A stretch of 64,000 bases of DNA from an uncultured Gammaproteobacteria bacterium (lineage in GTDB: Bacteria > Patescibacteriota > Microgenomatia > UBA10105 > UBA927). The notes below the pieces were generated by a model. The model had not been told where the DNA came from and ran no database searches. It was given only the letters and a program-made list of their open reading frames with translations. Shown here in pieces: positions 37,746 through 48,684 of the stretch. Within the stretch, counting starts at the first letter, position 1, and the number at the start of each line of letters is the position of its first letter. The DNA lies in the NCBI GenBank assembly GCA_964553825.1, contig CAZKLT010000002.1, positions 2,068 through 66,067 of the forward strand, read 5' to 3'. Both the position numbers and the translations under genes were made by a program.

Positions 37746-39785
37746 CTAACTAAGCACGAGGGGTGGCTCAAATGGCGACTTTTCCAGGTGAGATTTGATC
37801 TGTTCCGGAAGCGGATTAATCGTTTTTGCATCACTAAGTTTACCCATTGAGTCGGGATAACCGGGATTCGGCAACATAGGATAGACATCCTGCAGCTGTG
37901 ACGGCGGAAATTTCTCCATATTCTGCCGCATAATATCCTGTTCTTCTGTATTTGTGATTCCCAAATCCGTGCAAATGCGTCTCCAGGCATCTGTAAAATT
38001 TTCTTCCATATGTGCTCTGTCTTCGTCACTATAGCGATACACTTCCCCTTTGGATGGTGTCCCGTCAGGTGTCATCTTAACGCGCATGTTTGCCCGAACA
38101 CGTTCAAACTCACGCTCCATTGCTCTATACCGTCGATGGAGTCTGGTAGCTAACTCGACTCCCGATGTTCCGTATTCCGCCTGCATGAGCTTTGCATATC
38201 CTGCTTCATATATTTTGTTGAATCCGGCACCACTTATCGCTTTCATGAACGTGGTAATTTCATCCTGAGGCACATTTGCCTTTACGAGCGCTTTCTTTGC
38301 AGCCATTCTCATGCGCTCATTTTGAATCTTATCAAACGCACCTAGTCCTTCCTCACCTTTTACGAGCTCCCGGTAGAGCTTCTGTGCCTGGAGCATATTG
38401 TAGAGGATAGTATTGCCGATAAATTCCATGAAAAGCGCATTCTGAGCAAATGGCGAATTGAGTAAAACCTTCACGTTTGATCGGTATTCATACATTGCAC
38501 GGCACCAGGTCGAAAGATCATAGTTCGGCAGTGGGGTCGGACTAAACGCAACGCTCATATCATCTTTTGGTGCGATGAGAACCCGAATGGTAGAGCGATA
38601 GACCTTTTCCTTGCGGATAACCGCATACTCACCAGGAATAATCATTTCCCATATGTCCGTCAAGTTAAAAAGCGAATCCCACGCGACCATGCGCTCCCGA
38701 TCGATGTCGACATCTCCCATAGACCACTGTCGCTCGGGGACTATCGCTTGCTCAATAAGATCCCAATGCGCCGATTCAAGGCTTCTGCCAAATCCAAATG
38801 TGCCAAACACATCCCCGTTTTCCCATTTCCCGGCGTTAACTTTCTGCTTCACAATCTCCTGCTGTTGCATGCGCAATATGCGATACCGATCAAGTCCGGA
38901 AAGAGAAAGTTGATCAACCGTACCTTTTTTATAGTGACCATACAGTATTTCATCGTCAAGTCCGGCTGCGTTTACTTTTCCTGTACCTGCAAGCCGGAAC
39001 TGGAAATCATCAAGCTGATCATGGACAGCTATACCCGCAGATAACACACGTACAAGCTCTTCTGTCAGCCGGTCGGACAGGTGCCCTGCCCGTTTGATAT
39101 AAGGTTTAAGTACATGGACGAGAAATGCCGCAGCTTCCTTGTGATCATCTTTCGGATCAAAATTTTTGAGCGTCGGGTCATCCGGGAACCGCTCTTTCTG
39201 CTGTTCCCACAAATTCTGCATAATATCATGGAAAATGGGTTTCATTGCCGCAGCAACCACCAAAGTGAGGGATGGATCCCGTTCATCGGCTCCCACAAGG
39301 ATCGCATTCATTTTCTGGATAGCCTCCACGGAACGCGTGTGATTGTCGGCATGCGGAAGCTCCTGATTGCGAAGTGCGACCCTGGCCCAGTTGCCAAACT
39401 CATCAGGGTCATCACTTTGGGCGTGGGTGAAATGAATAAGCGTCTCATTTGCAATGCGGGAACCAAAGTTAAGCGCTACCAATATTTCTAATGTATGAAT
39501 CTTCCGCTCGGTAATACCATCGGGTTGCATTCCGTTTTCGACAAGTTTCCCCTCGATCTCCTCCCACAGGTAGCTGTAGCGCTCATCCAGATCTATGCGT
39601 GCATTTGCCCAAAGCTCATTACTCTGATAGAGGTCGGTAAACGAATCGATTTCATCCGGAAGCCACTGTCCTTCCCGTGCCAATACAGGCTGTTTTCTAA
39701 AATCTAATCGTGGCTTTTCAGAGCGCATCCGGAAAAAAACGGATGTTTCCTGTACTGCCTTATCTGGGTCAACTTCTACGTTCAT
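37746..39785 (-). CDS. large acidic hypothetical protein (679 aa) with no recognisable domain
   Basis: Long uninterrupted ORF with protein-like composition. No motif I recognise. Confidence 0.6.
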   Translation of the reverse strand: MNVEVDPDKAVQETSVFFRMRSEKPRLDFRKQPVLAREGQWLPDEIDSFTDLYQSNELWANARIDLDERYSYLWEEIEGKLVENGMQPDGITERKIHTLEILVALNFGSRIANETLIHFTHAQSDDPDEFGNWARVALRNQELPHADNHTRSVEAIQKMNAILVGADERDPSLTLVVAAAMKPIFHDIMQNLWEQQKERFPDDPTLKNFDPKDDHKEAAAFLVHVLKPYIKRAGHLSDRLTEELVRVLSAGIAVHDQLDDFQFRLAGTGKVNAAGLDDEILYGHYKKGTVDQLSLSGLDRYRILRMQQQEIVKQKVNAGKWENGDVFGTFGFGRSLESAHWDLIEQAIVPERQWSMGDVDIDRERMVAWDSLFNLTDIWEMIIPGEYAVIRKEKVYRSTIRVLIAPKDDMSVAFSPTPLPNYDLSTWCRAMYEYRSNVKVLLNSPFAQNALFMEFIGNTILYNMLQAQKLYRELVKGEEGLGAFDKIQNERMRMAAKKALVKANVPQDEITTFMKAISGAGFNKIYEAGYAKLMQAEYGTSGVELATRLHRRYRAMEREFERVRANMRVKMTPDGTPSKGEVYRYSDEDRAHMEENFTDAWRRICTDLGITNTEEQDIMRQNMEKFPPSQLQDVYPMLPNPGYPDSMGKLSDAKTINPLPEQIKSHLEKSPFEPPLVLS

Positions 39786-39853
39786 AGGACTCTTTCATAC
39801 CTCTATTATGTGAAATATACTATCAGATTTTCTGTCGTATTTCCTGAAAAACG

Positions 39854-40639
39854 TCACCCTTCCATCCGGGCAAGCGCTCCCGTTTCCTGCGCTTTCCTAA
39901 ATTGCCAGAGGAGAAGCGCATACCCGCCCAAAAACCAGACCATGTTTACGAGAGTCCCCTGCCCAACCATCCACCAATCCATAACACCCGTTGCCATATG
40001 GGTACGGATCGCCTCAAAGATGTAGCCCGTAGGGAACAACAGCGGCAAGAATTGAATTTGTGGCGGCAATGTTGAGAGCGGATAGAAAACGCCCCCAAAA
40101 GGTTGAACGAGAAACACGAGTGCCCAAGACATGGACTGGACTTGCTGGCCATAGCGGAAAATGAGACTCAAGACAGCCATCCCGACTGCCCATCCAAAAA
40201 TAAGCAGTTCAATACTATAAAGGACAAGGCTCCACCCAAGCGGCATAAGCGTGAATCCGTAAATAAGCCATGCCACAAACAGGGTAACCGCAAATGAGAC
40301 GGCCGATTTCACGATTGATGAAAGCATCTGTCCGAAAAGAAACTCTGCAAGTGACAAGGGTGCGATAAACAAGCTGCTGAAGCTTCTTGACCAAATTTCC
40401 CACATGACACCCACCGTCACACCGTACTGGGCACCCCAGATAAAATTCCATAAGACAACTCCGATGAGCATTGCCGTAGCGAGAGCCTGCTGCCCCGAAT
40501 CAATCATCCCTTTGGCTATGAATGCAAAAAGAATAACCTGCAGTGTGGAATTCCAGAACATGTCCACCCAGGTTTCCATGCTGTGGAGAAAGTGGTACCA
40601 GGTATGTAACAAAACGGTTTTAATACGATTACTGCTCAT
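39854..40639 (-). CDS. ABC-2 type transporter permease
   Basis: 6 TM helices. AAAGGAAAT RBS before ATG 40639. Confidence 0.75.
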   Translation of the reverse strand: MSSNRIKTVLLHTWYHFLHSMETWVDMFWNSTLQVILFAFIAKGMIDSGQQALATAMLIGVVLWNFIWGAQYGVTVGVMWEIWSRSFSSLFIAPLSLAEFLFGQMLSSIVKSAVSFAVTLFVAWLIYGFTLMPLGWSLVLYSIELLIFGWAVGMAVLSLIFRYGQQVQSMSWALVFLVQPFGGVFYPLSTLPPQIQFLPLLFPTGYIFEAIRTHMATGVMDWWMVGQGTLVNMVWFLGGYALLLWQFRKAQETGALARMEG

Positions 40640-41555
40640 AATTTCCTTTCGCCACGGAGAGAAACACGTCTTCCAGGGTCGGTTTCTGAATATCAATATC
40701 CGTCAGCCACACGTTGCGCTCACTCAATCCAAAAAGCGTCTTGGGCACTTCGCGATCGGGCAGCGTTATGGATACAACATGTGCCCGGAGAAATTCAAAC
40801 GTATGCTTTTGGCTTTTCAGATACGAGGAGACGACGCTTTGCGGACCATCAAATGTCAGTGTAAGCGTCGTTGTTCCAATCTTTTTTGTGAACCCAAGCG
40901 GTGTATCGATCGCAACAATGTTCCCATGATCAAGAAACATAACCCGGTCACAGAGCTCTTCTACTTCTGCCATATCATGGCTCGTTATGAGGATCGTCGT
41001 TTTTTCTTTCTTTTGCAGTTCAAGAATCAATTCAAGAACCTTACGGGCAATGTCAGGATCCAGGCTTGCAGTCGGCTCATCCATAAGAAGCAGGCGTGGA
41101 CGGTTGAGAAGCGCCTTGGCAAGCACCACGCGTGTCTTCTGACCGCTTGAGAGCGTCCAGAACAGCGAATTCACCGTTTCTTCGATCTCCAGTGTTGCCA
41201 GAAGCTCCGCGATGCGTTTTTTCGCATCCGGGACCTCATAAAGGCCAGCAAAGATATGAAAATTCTCCATCACGGTCAACCGGCCTTGAATCTGGGAATA
41301 CGCGGAAGCAAAATTTATTCGTGAGAGTATATACTCACGATTTTTAAGAAATTCACGGCCAAAATAGCGGACACTCCCGCTTGTCGGTGTCGTTAACCCC
41401 AGAAGAATCTGCATCGTTGTTGTTTTTCCGGCGCCGTTGGGGCCCAATAATCCCACGATCTCCCCTTCTTTCACGGAAAAAGAAATTGCATTCACAGCCC
41501 GAAAGGGGCCATACATTTTTGTCAGATTGGTAACCTCCAACACTACATCTGCCAT
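40629..41555 (-). CDS. ABC transporter ATP-binding protein
   Basis: Walker A GPNGAGKTT, signature LSSGQK, Walker B LLLMDEP. Confidence 0.9.
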   Translation of the reverse strand: MADVVLEVTNLTKMYGPFRAVNAISFSVKEGEIVGLLGPNGAGKTTTMQILLGLTTPTSGSVRYFGREFLKNREYILSRINFASAYSQIQGRLTVMENFHIFAGLYEVPDAKKRIAELLATLEIEETVNSLFWTLSSGQKTRVVLAKALLNRPRLLLMDEPTASLDPDIARKVLELILELQKKEKTTILITSHDMAEVEELCDRVMFLDHGNIVAIDTPLGFTKKIGTTTLTLTFDGPQSVVSSYLKSQKHTFEFLRAHVVSITLPDREVPKTLFGLSERNVWLTDIDIQKPTLEDVFLSVAKGNYEQ

Positions 41556-41797
41556 GAGAGGATTATAGCAAGAAAGCGGACTCGTGGCCTGGTGGAGTCT
41601 ATTTGCCTGGAGATCGTTCCTCTGGCTGATGAAGAAAATACGTCCGATTGTTATCGAGTTCTCGTATTCGCACGGGTAAAGCATGGTTTACCGGTGGGCC
41701 CAACACTTCGGCTTCAACATTCCTTGTGAGGATCTGAAAATCGTCATCCTCATGCATACTGAGGTTTATCATCGTCCCCGCAGTAATAGTAATACGC

Positions 41798-42916
41798 TCA
41801 GGACCTGCCATGTCGCTTTTCCTTCCATTTCCCGTCTACAAACAAGGATATTTGTTTCTGAAATCGGTCTTTATTAAATTGCGCTGCATGCGCGACACAT
41901 ACCGTTGACCAATCTTTTTTGCTTTTCCCAAACCGTGAGAGCGCGTCTATAAGGCTTGCCGTTGTAGGCTCTGAGAAGAGTATACCTGTCTTTCCATCAA
42001 GCACCGTCTCAAGCGTTCCTCCCTGCCCCAGGGCGATAACAGGCACTCCATGCCCCATGGCCTCAACCGGAACGATACCAAAGTCCTCGTCCAGCGCACA
42101 AAAAATAAATCCCTTTGCCCCCGCATACAGGCGATCCAATTCTTCATCGGATACGCCTCCGACAAACTCAATCGTTGGTCCTGCAATGGAGCGTAAATAC
42201 TGTTCTTCTTTCCCTTTTCCAACAATTTTCAGGGGAACCTTCAAGGTGTTACACGCCTCAATGATCACATCCAGCCGTTTTGCATACGTTAATCGTCCAA
42301 CAGAAAGAAAATAGGCGCGATCACCCTTCCCTACGGCTTTTCCGGGTACATTAACCGGCGGGTAGATAACCGTAGCATCCCGACGATAGAACTTGGCAAC
42401 ACGACGGGCAGTTTCCTTTGAATTTGCTACAAAATAATCAACAGCCTGTGCTGTTGTAAAGTCATACTGCCGGAGAAAGAAATTGACTACCGCAGCATAC
42501 ATGCGTACGGGCCAGTATTTCTGGAGATCACTTCCCGTTGCGTATCCATAGAGATTTCTTGGCGGATGATGTATATAGCAAATATGCGTCGCCGATTTAG
42601 AGACCCGTACGCCACGGCACATGAACCACCCACTACTCGATATGACGACGTCGTACGATGAAAGGTCGAAACTTTCCCACACCTGGGGCGCCAGAAACCG
42701 AAGCGGCGAATGAAGCTTCTTAACAAGCCAATACTGCTGCATCCAACTGGGTCGGATGTCCCACCCTTTAAAACGCTGCGCGTGGACACCCATCGTTTTC
42801 CAGTCAACAAACGATGTGTAGACCGGTGCGTGCGGCCAGATTTCATGCATTGCCTCCACCACCCGCTCGGCGCCGCCGTACTCCCGTAAAAAATCATGAA
42901 CGATCGCAACTTTCAT
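41798..42916 (-). CDS. family 4 glycosyltransferase (GT-B)
   Basis: GT4 C-terminal motif region ... EDFGIVPVEAM. Confidence 0.85.
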   Translation of the reverse strand: MKVAIVHDFLREYGGAERVVEAMHEIWPHAPVYTSFVDWKTMGVHAQRFKGWDIRPSWMQQYWLVKKLHSPLRFLAPQVWESFDLSSYDVVISSSGWFMCRGVRVSKSATHICYIHHPPRNLYGYATGSDLQKYWPVRMYAAVVNFFLRQYDFTTAQAVDYFVANSKETARRVAKFYRRDATVIYPPVNVPGKAVGKGDRAYFLSVGRLTYAKRLDVIIEACNTLKVPLKIVGKGKEEQYLRSIAGPTIEFVGGVSDEELDRLYAGAKGFIFCALDEDFGIVPVEAMGHGVPVIALGQGGTLETVLDGKTGILFSEPTTASLIDALSRFGKSKKDWSTVCVAHAAQFNKDRFQKQISLFVDGKWKEKRHGRS

Positions 42917-42984
42917 ACGTTTTTTGTATTTGTCCTCCCTGATTCGAAAGATGCCTAAAAAATAATACCCGCTCCCCCACTATA

Positions 42985-43935
42985 TTAAAATAACTGTTGC
43001 TGTTCAGACGCAGTCTTTTTCTTTTCATTTGGTTTTTCGTGCGGCTTTTCCTCTCCGCCAATTTTTTTCAGAAGTGAGTGAAAATGGAGATTTCCCAAAA
43101 ACTCGCGGGCCGCAGGACTATCAAATGTGGCTGTCGCAACGAGATTACCCTCAATGGGCACATCCCGTCGTATGGCAGCCAGCGTATAAGAGAGCCTTGC
43201 GTCTTTCTCTCCGGATATCAGCTTCGTCAAAACTGCCCCTGTTGTGTGTATCTTTTTCTTTTGCACCGCATCGTAGATTCCCTGGAGCGAGCCGTATTGT
43301 GCCAGCAGCTGCACAGCCGTTTTGGGACCGATACCCGCCACGCCCGGATAATTATCGGAGGCATCCCCGGCCAATGCCTTAAAATCCACTATCGATCGCG
43401 GAGAGATGCCCATACGCTCTTTCACTTCTTTTTCACCGTAGAGCTTTCCTTCAGACAATCCTTTGGTGGGCATATACACGAGCACTTTTTCGCCTTCGAC
43501 AAGCTGGAGAATATCGCGATCACCGGTGACAATAATGACCTGATCGATTTTTTCGTCAACACGTTTCGATTTGAGCACACGGGTTGCAAGCGTACCGATA
43601 ACATCGTCCGCTTCGAAGCCATCCTTCTCAAAAATGGGAATCCCCAAAACCGCAACTAGCCTATGCACACGGTCAATTTGACCCGCAAGTTCATCGTCCA
43701 TCTTTGGCCGCTTTGCCTGATACCCCTCATATAGCGCCTTTCTGAATGTCGGCTTGGGCCGGTCAAATGCTACTGCCATATGCGACGGCTTCAAATTCTC
43801 AAATAACTTAAAAACGATCGTCGCAAAACCATACACAGCATTTACAAGACTTCCATCAGGAGCGGTAAGCGGAGGGAGTGCGTGGTACGCGCGATGAAGA
43901 ATGGCGTTGCCATCAATAAGCACGAGGCGGTTCAT
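42985..43935 (-). CDS. 5-prime-3-prime exonuclease (Pol I N-terminal / FEN-like)
   Basis: LIDGNAILHRAYHAL ... GFEADDVIGTLA motifs. Confidence 0.85.
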   Translation of the reverse strand: MNRLVLIDGNAILHRAYHALPPLTAPDGSLVNAVYGFATIVFKLFENLKPSHMAVAFDRPKPTFRKALYEGYQAKRPKMDDELAGQIDRVHRLVAVLGIPIFEKDGFEADDVIGTLATRVLKSKRVDEKIDQVIIVTGDRDILQLVEGEKVLVYMPTKGLSEGKLYGEKEVKERMGISPRSIVDFKALAGDASDNYPGVAGIGPKTAVQLLAQYGSLQGIYDAVQKKKIHTTGAVLTKLISGEKDARLSYTLAAIRRDVPIEGNLVATATFDSPAAREFLGNLHFHSLLKKIGGEEKPHEKPNEKKKTASEQQQLF

Positions 43936-43938
43936 GGA

Positions 43939-45843
43939 TTAATGAATTTTCTTTTTGGGCCCCCCCATCAGAGCCTCAAATTCTTCGCTTTCCAGGGTTT
44001 CTTTTTTCACGAGCTCAGCTGCGATGATATCCAGATGCTTTTTGTGTTTCTTGAGAAGGTCAACCGCCTTTTTATATCCCTCATCAAGAAATCGCTTTAC
44101 TTCCCGATCGATTGCTGACTGCATCTCCTGCGAAATAGCATTCTGCTCCATAAGACTCTTCCCCCACTCCGTTACATCCCGGTCCGGACCAAAGTTTATC
44201 GGACCCAAATCGCTCATCCCAAATTCCATAACCATATACCTGGCAATGCGCGTCGCCTGATCGATATCATTGGAAGCGCCGCTGGTCATTTCATTGAAAA
44301 TGAGCTGTTCCGCCGCTCGTCCACCCATAGTCATGGCTATCTCATCGATAAGCCGTGACTTGGTCTCATGGAGTCGGTCTTTTTCCGGCGGTGAGAGTGT
44401 ATATCCAAGCGCCATACCCCGAGAAACGATCGAAATTCGGTGAACAATATCCAGATTCGGGCTATAGTAGGACACGACTGCGTGTCCTGCCTCATGATAC
44501 GCAGTCATTTTCCGGTCAAGATCGCTTTGCAGGCGCTTCTTTTCGGGACCCAGCTTCACTTTCGTTGCCGCTTCTTCCAGATCTTTCATGTCGATTTCTT
44601 TCTTGTTTTCCCGAGCTGCATGGATGGCTGCCTCATTGAGCATATTTTCAAGATCAGCTCCGGAAAATCCCACGGTCCGCTTGGCTGCCTTATCCCAATC
44701 AACAGACGCCGTAAACGGTTTTCCCTTAGCATGAATCGAAAGAATCGCCTTACGCCCAGCCATGTCTGGCAGATCCAGAACAACGCGCCGGTCAAAACGT
44801 CCGGGCCGCAGAAGCGCCGGATCCAGGAGGTCTCCCCGATTGGTCGCTGCCACAATCAGTACTGCGGTATTTGGCTCAAAACCATCCATTTCTACCAGAA
44901 TCTGGTTCAGTGTCTGTTCGCGCTCATCATGTCCGCCCATAATTCCGACGCTGCGCATCCGTCCGATCGCGTCCACTTCGTCGATAAAGATAATTGCCGG
45001 TGCGTTTTTCTTGGCATTGGCAAAAAGATCCCGCACGCGTGCAGCCCCGACACCGACCAACATTTCCATAAATTCGCTTCCCGCAATCGAGTAAAACGCG
45101 GTTTTGGCCTCTCCCGCCATTGCCTTGGCAAGGAGGGTTTTTCCGGTTCCGCTGGGGCCAACGAGAATAACGCCTTTTGGCGTACGGGCACCCAACAGTT
45201 TATATTTGGTCGGATTCTTCAGAAAATCGACAATCTCTTCGAGCTCTTTTTTTGCTTCATCGACACCGGCAACGTCAGCGAAGGTAATCTTGGGGAGATT
45301 CTTACTGAAAATCCTGGCCTTACTTTGTCCGAAACTAAACAGGTTATCTTGCGCTCCCCTGGCTTGCCTGAAAAGAAACAGGAAGAAAAGCACCGTCAAC
45401 ACCAACGGAAGGACATTCGTAATAATCCCCAACCAAAGTTGTCCCATGCTTACATCGCGGACTTTGATTTCTGTCTTTGACGCATCAACGCCGGCAGCCT
45501 CTAGCATCTGATAGATCGATTCCTGTGATTCTTTATGCGCAACCGCTTTCGTTCCGTCCGAATAGGTAACAAGAAGCCGCCCCTCCTCTACTTCAATCGT
45601 TTGTACTTTGGCGTCTTTAACATCATTTATGACGGCCGAAACCGCCTTTTCTGGGTATGCTGCGCTCTGGTCAGACATGCTTCCAAGGAAGGAAAAAACA
45701 AGAAAAGCGAAAAATAGCCCAAGAATAATATTCTTGAGATTTACCTCAAAACGGAACTGAAATTTTCCATTCTTCTTACCCTGTTTGCCCGATGGATGGG
45801 CCGCGGTGTGTTTCTTAATAGATGATGCATGCTTCTCTGCCAT
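43939..45843 (-). CDS. ftsH: ATP-dependent zinc metalloprotease FtsH
   Basis: AAA Walker [14 protein letters not shown] zinc motif. Confidence 0.95.
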   Translation of the reverse strand: MAEKHASSIKKHTAAHPSGKQGKKNGKFQFRFEVNLKNIILGLFFAFLVFSFLGSMSDQSAAYPEKAVSAVINDVKDAKVQTIEVEEGRLLVTYSDGTKAVAHKESQESIYQMLEAAGVDASKTEIKVRDVSMGQLWLGIITNVLPLVLTVLFFLFLFRQARGAQDNLFSFGQSKARIFSKNLPKITFADVAGVDEAKKELEEIVDFLKNPTKYKLLGARTPKGVILVGPSGTGKTLLAKAMAGEAKTAFYSIAGSEFMEMLVGVGAARVRDLFANAKKNAPAIIFIDEVDAIGRMRSVGIMGGHDEREQTLNQILVEMDGFEPNTAVLIVAATNRGDLLDPALLRPGRFDRRVVLDLPDMAGRKAILSIHAKGKPFTASVDWDKAAKRTVGFSGADLENMLNEAAIHAARENKKEIDMKDLEEAATKVKLGPEKKRLQSDLDRKMTAYHEAGHAVVSYYSPNLDIVHRISIVSRGMALGYTLSPPEKDRLHETKSRLIDEIAMTMGGRAAEQLIFNEMTSGASNDIDQATRIARYMVMEFGMSDLGPINFGPDRDVTEWGKSLMEQNAISQEMQSAIDREVKRFLDEGYKKAVDLLKKHKKHLDIIAAELVKKETLESEEFEALMGGPKKKIH

Positions 45844-45893
45844 AGCGCTCGATCATGAGGACAACCGTTAACTGAAGCTCAAGTATACCACGA

Positions 45894-47753
45894 TTACCGA
45901 ATCTTTGCCCCTATAGGCATGTTTGCGGCAGTGATGAATTGTGGACGCCTATCAGCCCCGTCAACCGCAAGGATCATGCCCTGAGATTCTTCATCAAGCA
46001 TTCTTCTGGGTGCCAAATTGGTAATGAAAAAAAACTGTTTTCCGGAAAAATCTTCCGGCGTGTACCCAAAGGAGCGAACACCGGTGAAAATAATCCGATG
46101 CTTTTCTTCTCCGACATCAACAACCAGGCGAATCAGCTTTTCGCTGCCCTCTTTATTCCTTGCCTCCAGCACTTTGCCTACCGTCAAATCGAGCCGTGCG
46201 AAATCATCAATGGAAACAGTATTACCTACGATGGTTTTTTGGTATTGGAAAAAAGAATACGCCGTGGTTATCCCGATGGCTTCCCGTGCTGATGTCATCG
46301 TTTTTGCCGCGACTTCCATCGCCTTCTGCTGACCGGCTTTGAGTGTTTCTGTTACCTGCTCAGGGTGTGCCTTCAATTCCTCGTACGCTTTCCTTGCTGG
46401 GGCGAAATACCGCAAAAGCACCTCTATCAAATACTCCTTCACCGCCACATCTGACACCGCTCCTGCCCTGTATTGCTCTTTGAGCTTTGATACTTCCGCT
46501 GCGTCACCGAAAAAGTCTAGGTAGGCAAAAACCATGTTTCCTTCCACGTGTCCGGGATCAGTTGCGTGTTTACGCGTCGGATCGGTATATGTTCGCATCA
46601 CTTGTTTTCGTATCACGTCTTCTGATTCAAACAGAGCGATAAGATTGCCAAGGGACTTGCTCATTTTTCGCTTCCCGTCTGTGCCAAGGACGACCGCAAC
46701 CTCGTCAGGGATATAAGGATCAGGCAACGTAAAAACGTTTTTCTTATAAATCTTATTAAATCTTTCTGCGATATCCCGCGTAATTTCTATATGCTGTTTC
46801 TGATCCTTTCCGACCGGTACAAGCTGCGGCTGATATAGAAGAATGTCGGCCGCCATCAGCATGGGATAACTAAATAGCCCGACGTTAATATCATCTTCCA
46901 TCACATCTTTTTGCAATTTATCCTTGTAAGCATGTGCGCGCTTCAGCAGTCCCAGCGGGGTTATGTTATTGAGGATGGATTGACACTCAGTATGAAGCGG
47001 TACATCAGACTGCCGGAAAAAAATAATCTTTTCAAACTGTTGAGGCGTTAAAAATCCCTTCAGAAGCGCAAGCTCGTTGAGAATGAGTGTTTCAATATTG
47101 TGTTGTAGCTGTTTTTTATCCTGAATCGTCGTCAAGCCGTGCAAGTCCGCCACCATAAGATAGGTCTCGTTGGTTTTTGCCAGTTCGATAAACTGTCGTA
47201 CGGCACCCAGATAGTTGCCGATATGGAGAGACCCGTCACCACTGGGGGTAATACCGGAAAGAAACCGTTTTCCCGACGGTACGGTGCGCGTCTGCATATA
47301 CGCAAAATCAGCAACGGTACCTCCACTGACCGTTGGCAAATCATTCGCCTCCATAGCCATACCCACCGTTTTTTCTCCACCCGTTCCGTATACTTTTCCG
47401 ACTTCAAGCACTTTCTCGTCTATAAAATAGGCAACATCAAGCCCAAGGTAGGGCACGAGCCCAGGCACAACGCCCAACGACGCTAGATCCTCTTTGGAAG
47501 CGAACGTCAACTGGCGCACCTGAGCCGCTTTTTTTAGCCGCCGCTCGTCTATGTGCGTATCTGCGCGCTTGGTGGCTGCTATGATTCCGTTTTCCGTTTT
47601 GTACAGAATGGTTACCATCGCATTTGCCAGTTGTATTCCGTGAAACGCGGCATGCGAAGGAACGTCAGGAGCCAAATCTTCCGGTAACGGAATAAACGTA
47701 TACCCGACGTTTTTCTCTTTCAACAGTGTTTCGATGCGATCTTTCAGTTTCAT
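45894..47753 (-). CDS. trpS: tryptophan--tRNA ligase fused to an N-terminal YbaK/ProX-like deacylase domain and a C-terminal Myf/EMAPII-like tRNA-binding domain
   Basis: ITPSGDGSLHIGNY and KMSKS motifs. N-terminal 150 aa resemble YbaK. C-terminal LDLTVGKVLEARNKEGSEKLIRLVVDVGEE...ESQGMILAV matches the tRNA-binding OB fold. Confidence 0.8.
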   Translation of the reverse strand: MKLKDRIETLLKEKNVGYTFIPLPEDLAPDVPSHAAFHGIQLANAMVTILYKTENGIIAATKRADTHIDERRLKKAAQVRQLTFASKEDLASLGVVPGLVPYLGLDVAYFIDEKVLEVGKVYGTGGEKTVGMAMEANDLPTVSGGTVADFAYMQTRTVPSGKRFLSGITPSGDGSLHIGNYLGAVRQFIELAKTNETYLMVADLHGLTTIQDKKQLQHNIETLILNELALLKGFLTPQQFEKIIFFRQSDVPLHTECQSILNNITPLGLLKRAHAYKDKLQKDVMEDDINVGLFSYPMLMAADILLYQPQLVPVGKDQKQHIEITRDIAERFNKIYKKNVFTLPDPYIPDEVAVVLGTDGKRKMSKSLGNLIALFESEDVIRKQVMRTYTDPTRKHATDPGHVEGNMVFAYLDFFGDAAEVSKLKEQYRAGAVSDVAVKEYLIEVLLRYFAPARKAYEELKAHPEQVTETLKAGQQKAMEVAAKTMTSAREAIGITTAYSFFQYQKTIVGNTVSIDDFARLDLTVGKVLEARNKEGSEKLIRLVVDVGEEKHRIIFTGVRSFGYTPEDFSGKQFFFITNLAPRRMLDEESQGMILAVDGADRRPQFITAANMPIGAKIR

Positions 47754-48451
47754 AGAACCTCCTTATAATACTGCTTTAATACGCTTTCGGCGAGTATGGA
47801 TAAACTACTGTATACCGGAAGCCTGTACGAAGAAGGAAATACCAGTGGCAGCTCTGTGCATCCAAGCACAATGCCGGAAACGGCGTTTTTCTCAACATAC
47901 CGCTCGGTGAGTTTCACCAGTTTATGCATTAACATTTCTGTGTCGTTCCCCTCGAGCGTTCCCCGGATAATGTATTCCAGCTGGGGATAATCCCGTAATT
48001 GCGGCACAACATATCGAACGTTGTAGTGGGCTAAACGCACCTGATACAAGCCAAGACGAAGCGATGTTGGCGAAGCCAGGAGGAGCACAGTATGGTTATC
48101 GGCAGCAACGCGCCGGACCACCTCGTCTACGACGGAAACAAACGGCAGATGGGTTTGCCTCTGAAGCCGATGGGCAAGAAGGCATGCCGTGTTACATGCT
48201 ATAGTAACAGTGGTTGCACCAAACTGGGTGAGTCGGCGTACCCGGTCTTCCAGGATTCCCGCGGCGGTTTCCATAGACGCCGTGTCTGAGAGAAAATCTG
48301 GCACGGGAACACTGTCGATAACCACTTCCGGAAACTCGTTGTTGTTTTTTGCGCCATAGCGCTGCTTTGCTCCTTTTATAAGCAATCGATAGAATTCCAC
48401 TGAGGCTTGGGGCCCCATGCCTCCAATAACACCGATAATATCGGTTCTCAT
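47750..48451 (-). CDS. aspartate/glutamate racemase family protein
   Basis: IGVIGGMGPQAS ... TIACNTA motifs. Start is ambiguous (48451 or 48511). Confidence 0.75.
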   Translation of the reverse strand: MRTDIIGVIGGMGPQASVEFYRLLIKGAKQRYGAKNNNEFPEVVIDSVPVPDFLSDTASMETAAGILEDRVRRLTQFGATTVTIACNTACLLAHRLQRQTHLPFVSVVDEVVRRVAADNHTVLLLASPTSLRLGLYQVRLAHYNVRYVVPQLRDYPQLEYIIRGTLEGNDTEMLMHKLVKLTERYVEKNAVSGIVLGCTELPLVFPSSYRLPVYSSLSILAESVLKQYYKEVL

Positions 48452-48587
48452 AGGCGGGTGAGGCAGGCTTTGAACCTGCGTTCTTGGTTTTGGAGACCAA
48501 GGTCCTTCCAACTGAACGACTCACCCAAAAGGAAGAGAAGGATACGATGCAGTGTGAACCTGACGGCTCAAGTGATTCTCTCTTCCA

Positions 48588-48666
48588 TGGAGGCGGCGAG
48601 GTAGGACTTGAACCTACTCCCTCCGGCTTTGGGTACCGGCGCTCATCCTAATGAGCCATCTCGCCC
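48588..48666 (-). tRNA. tRNA-like gene, probable anticodon CCA (Trp), with irregular acceptor/T-stem register and C33
   Basis: Minus strand: GGCGAGA-UG-GCUC(AUUAGGAU)GAGC-G-CCGGU(ACCCAAA)GCCGG-AGGGA-GUAGG(UUCAAGU)CCUAC-CUCGCCGCCUCCA. Clear D, anticodon and T arms. The acceptor pairing is off by one. Confidence 0.5.
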
Positions 48667-48684
48667 TGTCCCCTTTTCTCTTGC

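Noticed and set aside
41599-41811. 70-aa ORF between the ABC ATPase and GT4 genes
   Set aside because: It lies in the promoter gap, has no RBS and no recognisable features. Probably non-coding.
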